A stretch of 64,000 nucleotides of DNA, from positions 437,222 to 501,221 of the forward strand of contig CBFHOE010000003.1 of NCBI GenBank assembly GCA_965657355.1. Reading direction: 5' to 3'. Of the stretch, positions 61,712-64,000 are shown piece after piece (within the stretch, counting starts at the first letter, position 1; each line of letters starts with the position of its first letter). The notes under the pieces are model-generated. The model had not been told where the DNA came from. It did no database searches and saw only the letters and a program-made list of their open reading frames with translations. The stretch is from Limisphaerales bacterium. GTDB taxonomy: Bacteria > Verrucomicrobiota > Verrucomicrobiia > Limisphaerales > JAJOIW01. Both the position numbers and the translations under genes were made by a program.

Positions 61712-61726
61712 TACGTTCCTTCTGGA

Positions 61727-61807
<81 letters not shown>

Positions 61808-62151
61808 TCAATTTAATTCATATAATAAAAGCTGTCCGGAAGTCCTATTCAATATTTCCCTACATGAGGTAAGAAAAGGACTCGCGCGTTGATTTAACAA
61901 ATCTGCTCAAGCAAATTCTGAGTAAGGTGGAAGCAGGCTTCAAAATGGAGATTCACTTCCGAAGCAGCATTTCTTGAGGCTTAGAATCCTGCTCGATCAA
62001 CTAGCTGAAACTAAAGTGCCAGGCGATACAGTTACCAAAGTCTGTTATTAAGAAGTGGTTTCAACGTTGAATTCGTGTGATGAATATAGACCAATGGTGG
62101 AAAACATCCCGAACCGATCATGGCCTAGCAACAGAATGCAGGATTGTAAAT

Positions 62152-62512
62152 TTAAAATCCAAGATGATCAGGACCAACGAACCGAGATTTAAATGTGTTT
62201 ATTTTAGCAGCATATTCGGGCTTACCACACGAGTCGGAGTCTTCCCCCCATCTTGTTTCAGGATCTCCTCCATATCCATCTAGTACTTCTAAATCATTCT
62301 AAAATAAATAAACTTCCCAAGCTTTATACTGCCGTATGTGATTGCATAATCCCAAATTTTAATTCTGTAACAGCCATCATTATCATCCTCTGACAAATCT
62401 GCGTGAAACTCATAACACCATCCAGAATTCTTGCCGCCAAACATTTAGGTAACATACGACCCTCCCAGGGTTATCCACATTTCAATGAAAAAGTAAAAGA
62501 TTCTCGTGATTG
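62152..62512 (-). pseudogene. Possible degraded gene fragment
   Basis: ...EMWITLGGSYVT*MFGGKNSGWCYEFHADLSEDDNDGCYRIKIWDY... then a frame change to NDLEVLDGYGGDPETRWGEDSDSCGKPEY...; no family recognised. Confidence 0.3.
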
Positions 62513-63151
62513 GTTTAGGATAGTTCGAAGTGCCACCTCGGGAGTTATATGCAAAAAACAGACAAGCATCAAAAAATTAATTATAAAGAAAATAATAATA
62601 TACCCAAAGCGCTCTGGGTAGTGCCTGATGAAGGAGGCCAAAAATGAAATATCGTATGCCAACAATAAAAAAGCTCGGTAGACAACATCTCTATACACAA
62701 GTGGGCGGTCTGAACCAAAATAAATGGTCCTACTGTTCGGGTTTCGTGCTATTTAAATAAAAAGAAAATGAAACGGAAAACCTATTAGAGAAAATCCATT
62801 ACTTTTGTGATTTTGATCTGGCAATACAAAATGCAAAAGAATTTTTTCAAAACTCCTGCACAAGTGAAAAATCGATTTCAAAAAATTAAGATTTTATAAA
62901 ACCGCTAATTTTCATGAGCTGTATTATATAGATGAATTAAAAAGATTTTGATGTTAAAGAAGAAAAATCTAAAACCTCTTTTTTAATCTTTTTCTAAAAC
63001 TCAAATAAATAAATTTTATGTGAATGATTAATTGCTAATATGTAAAAACAACGATTCTGATAAGTAATTATAAAATTACTCTTCTTTTATAATAGAAGCT
63101 ACGGATGTGAATGCTATCCTGATACAATTGTTGAAAAAAACTAAAAATAAA

Positions 63152-64000
63152 ATGAAAATTTTTACACTAAATATTGTCTCTTTTTTCCTTTTGTTCCTTG
63201 TTGGCTGCGACAGGTCTGTAAGTTTTATTGAATTAAATAATAGGTCCGGGACTTATTATTTGGGTGACTCGAATGAGCCGTATTCAGGAACAGTAGAGGA
63301 TATTCCTATATTTAATGCTGGTAAGCGGAAGACAATTATCAATTTTGAAAATGGGATAATGATTGGGGCGACGGTCATCAAACCAGACGGTGAAAAGTGC
63401 GCTGAAACTGCCATTGATGATGGAAGTGGATCGATTATTTCTTACTATAGTAATGGGACTAAAAATTGTAAAAAGACATATGAGAACGGCACGAAGATTG
63501 AAGTAACCGAATATGACCTTTTTGATGGATCCATATCATGTATTCGCTCGTTCAAAGACGGGGATATTGAAGGATGGGTTGATTATGAAAACGGGATTAA
63601 AACAGGAGAAACTCAGTTCTTTGAGGACAACGGCGAGGACAAAGTGGAGGAAACAAGGTATTTCAGAGATTGGTTGATGTGGTCCAAAACACAATACAAC
63701 AGGTATGAACCGGGAGGGGCACTAGAAATATTCTACACCAAAGAGGGTAAAGTTAATAACACCGTGGTGGATAAATATCAGAACGGACAGATTAGAAAAG
63801 AAACAATCTTCAAAGACGGTCTCAGAGTTTTTGAGGTTTCTTTTAACCAAGACGGCAGCAAAGCTTGGGAGCTCCCTTATGTAGACGGTATGCCGGACTA
63901 TGAATCAGAAAAAGTATATGGTTCAGCTTTTTCACCGGGAAAAGCTCATAAAATGTGGGAAGAAGCATTGGAAGATTTGAAATCAGATAAAGCTCCATAA
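63152..64000 (+). CDS. Lipoprotein with MORN-variant/YwqK-like repeats
   Basis: MKIFTLNIVSFFLLFLVG-C lipobox; YYSNG, YENG, FKDG, YQNGQ, YVDG repeats; TAA at 63998-64000. Confidence 0.82.
   Translation: MKIFTLNIVSFFLLFLVGCDRSVSFIELNNRSGTYYLGDSNEPYSGTVEDIPIFNAGKRKTIINFENGIMIGATVIKPDGEKCAETAIDDGSGSIISYYSNGTKNCKKTYENGTKIEVTEYDLFDGSISCIRSFKDGDIEGWVDYENGIKTGETQFFEDNGEDKVEETRYFRDWLMWSKTQYNRYEPGGALEIFYTKEGKVNNTVVDKYQNGQIRKETIFKDGLRVFEVSFNQDGSKAWELPYVDGMPDYESEKVYGSAFSPGKAHKMWEEALEDLKSDKAP

Noticed and set aside
62471..62479. Perfect DnaA box TTATCCACA near an AT-rich tract (possible oriC)
   Set aside because: Single box, no cluster, and no dnaA/dnaN/gidA nearby

Overview
This is a gene-dense bacterial chromosomal window. 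It probably comes from a PVC-superphylum organism (Verrucomicrobia-like), inferred from the PQQ-like propeller, ECF sigma/Ser-Thr kinase pair, CotH, sulfatase, cytochrome c modules and RAYT-type transposase. Most of it is housekeeping: parA, CBS-PPase, thiH, gnd, dprA, rpsA, tmk, pilT, the coaD-yceD-rpmF-plsX-fabH cluster, proC, ruvC-ruvA, two hsp20 genes, secA, glk, pyrR-pyrB, pckG and ggt, plus tRNA-Leu(CAA) and initiator tRNA-Met. Manual reading adds several items. (1) A trypsin-like protease absent from the ORF track (1-775, minus strand, partial). (2) A RAYT-like HUH transposase with GTGCCAGG(CAC) motifs on both sides and a third copy downstream of tRNA-fMet. (3) A sigma54 promoter with candidate enhancer sites before the hsp20 pair. 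(4) A PyrR-box-like hairpin before a PyrR lacking the usual RNA-binding residues. (5) A structured cvpA-proC intergenic region with partial c-di-GMP-I riboswitch resemblance. (6) A C-methyltransferase that has lost its Zn ligands, a LITAF-like membrane Zn protein, and a DUF1573-diheme cytochrome fusion. (7) An AT-rich segment after tRNA-fMet containing a gene relic and a MORN-like lipoprotein. No CRISPR array, rRNA or prophage was seen. All family assignments are from motif recognition, not database searches.
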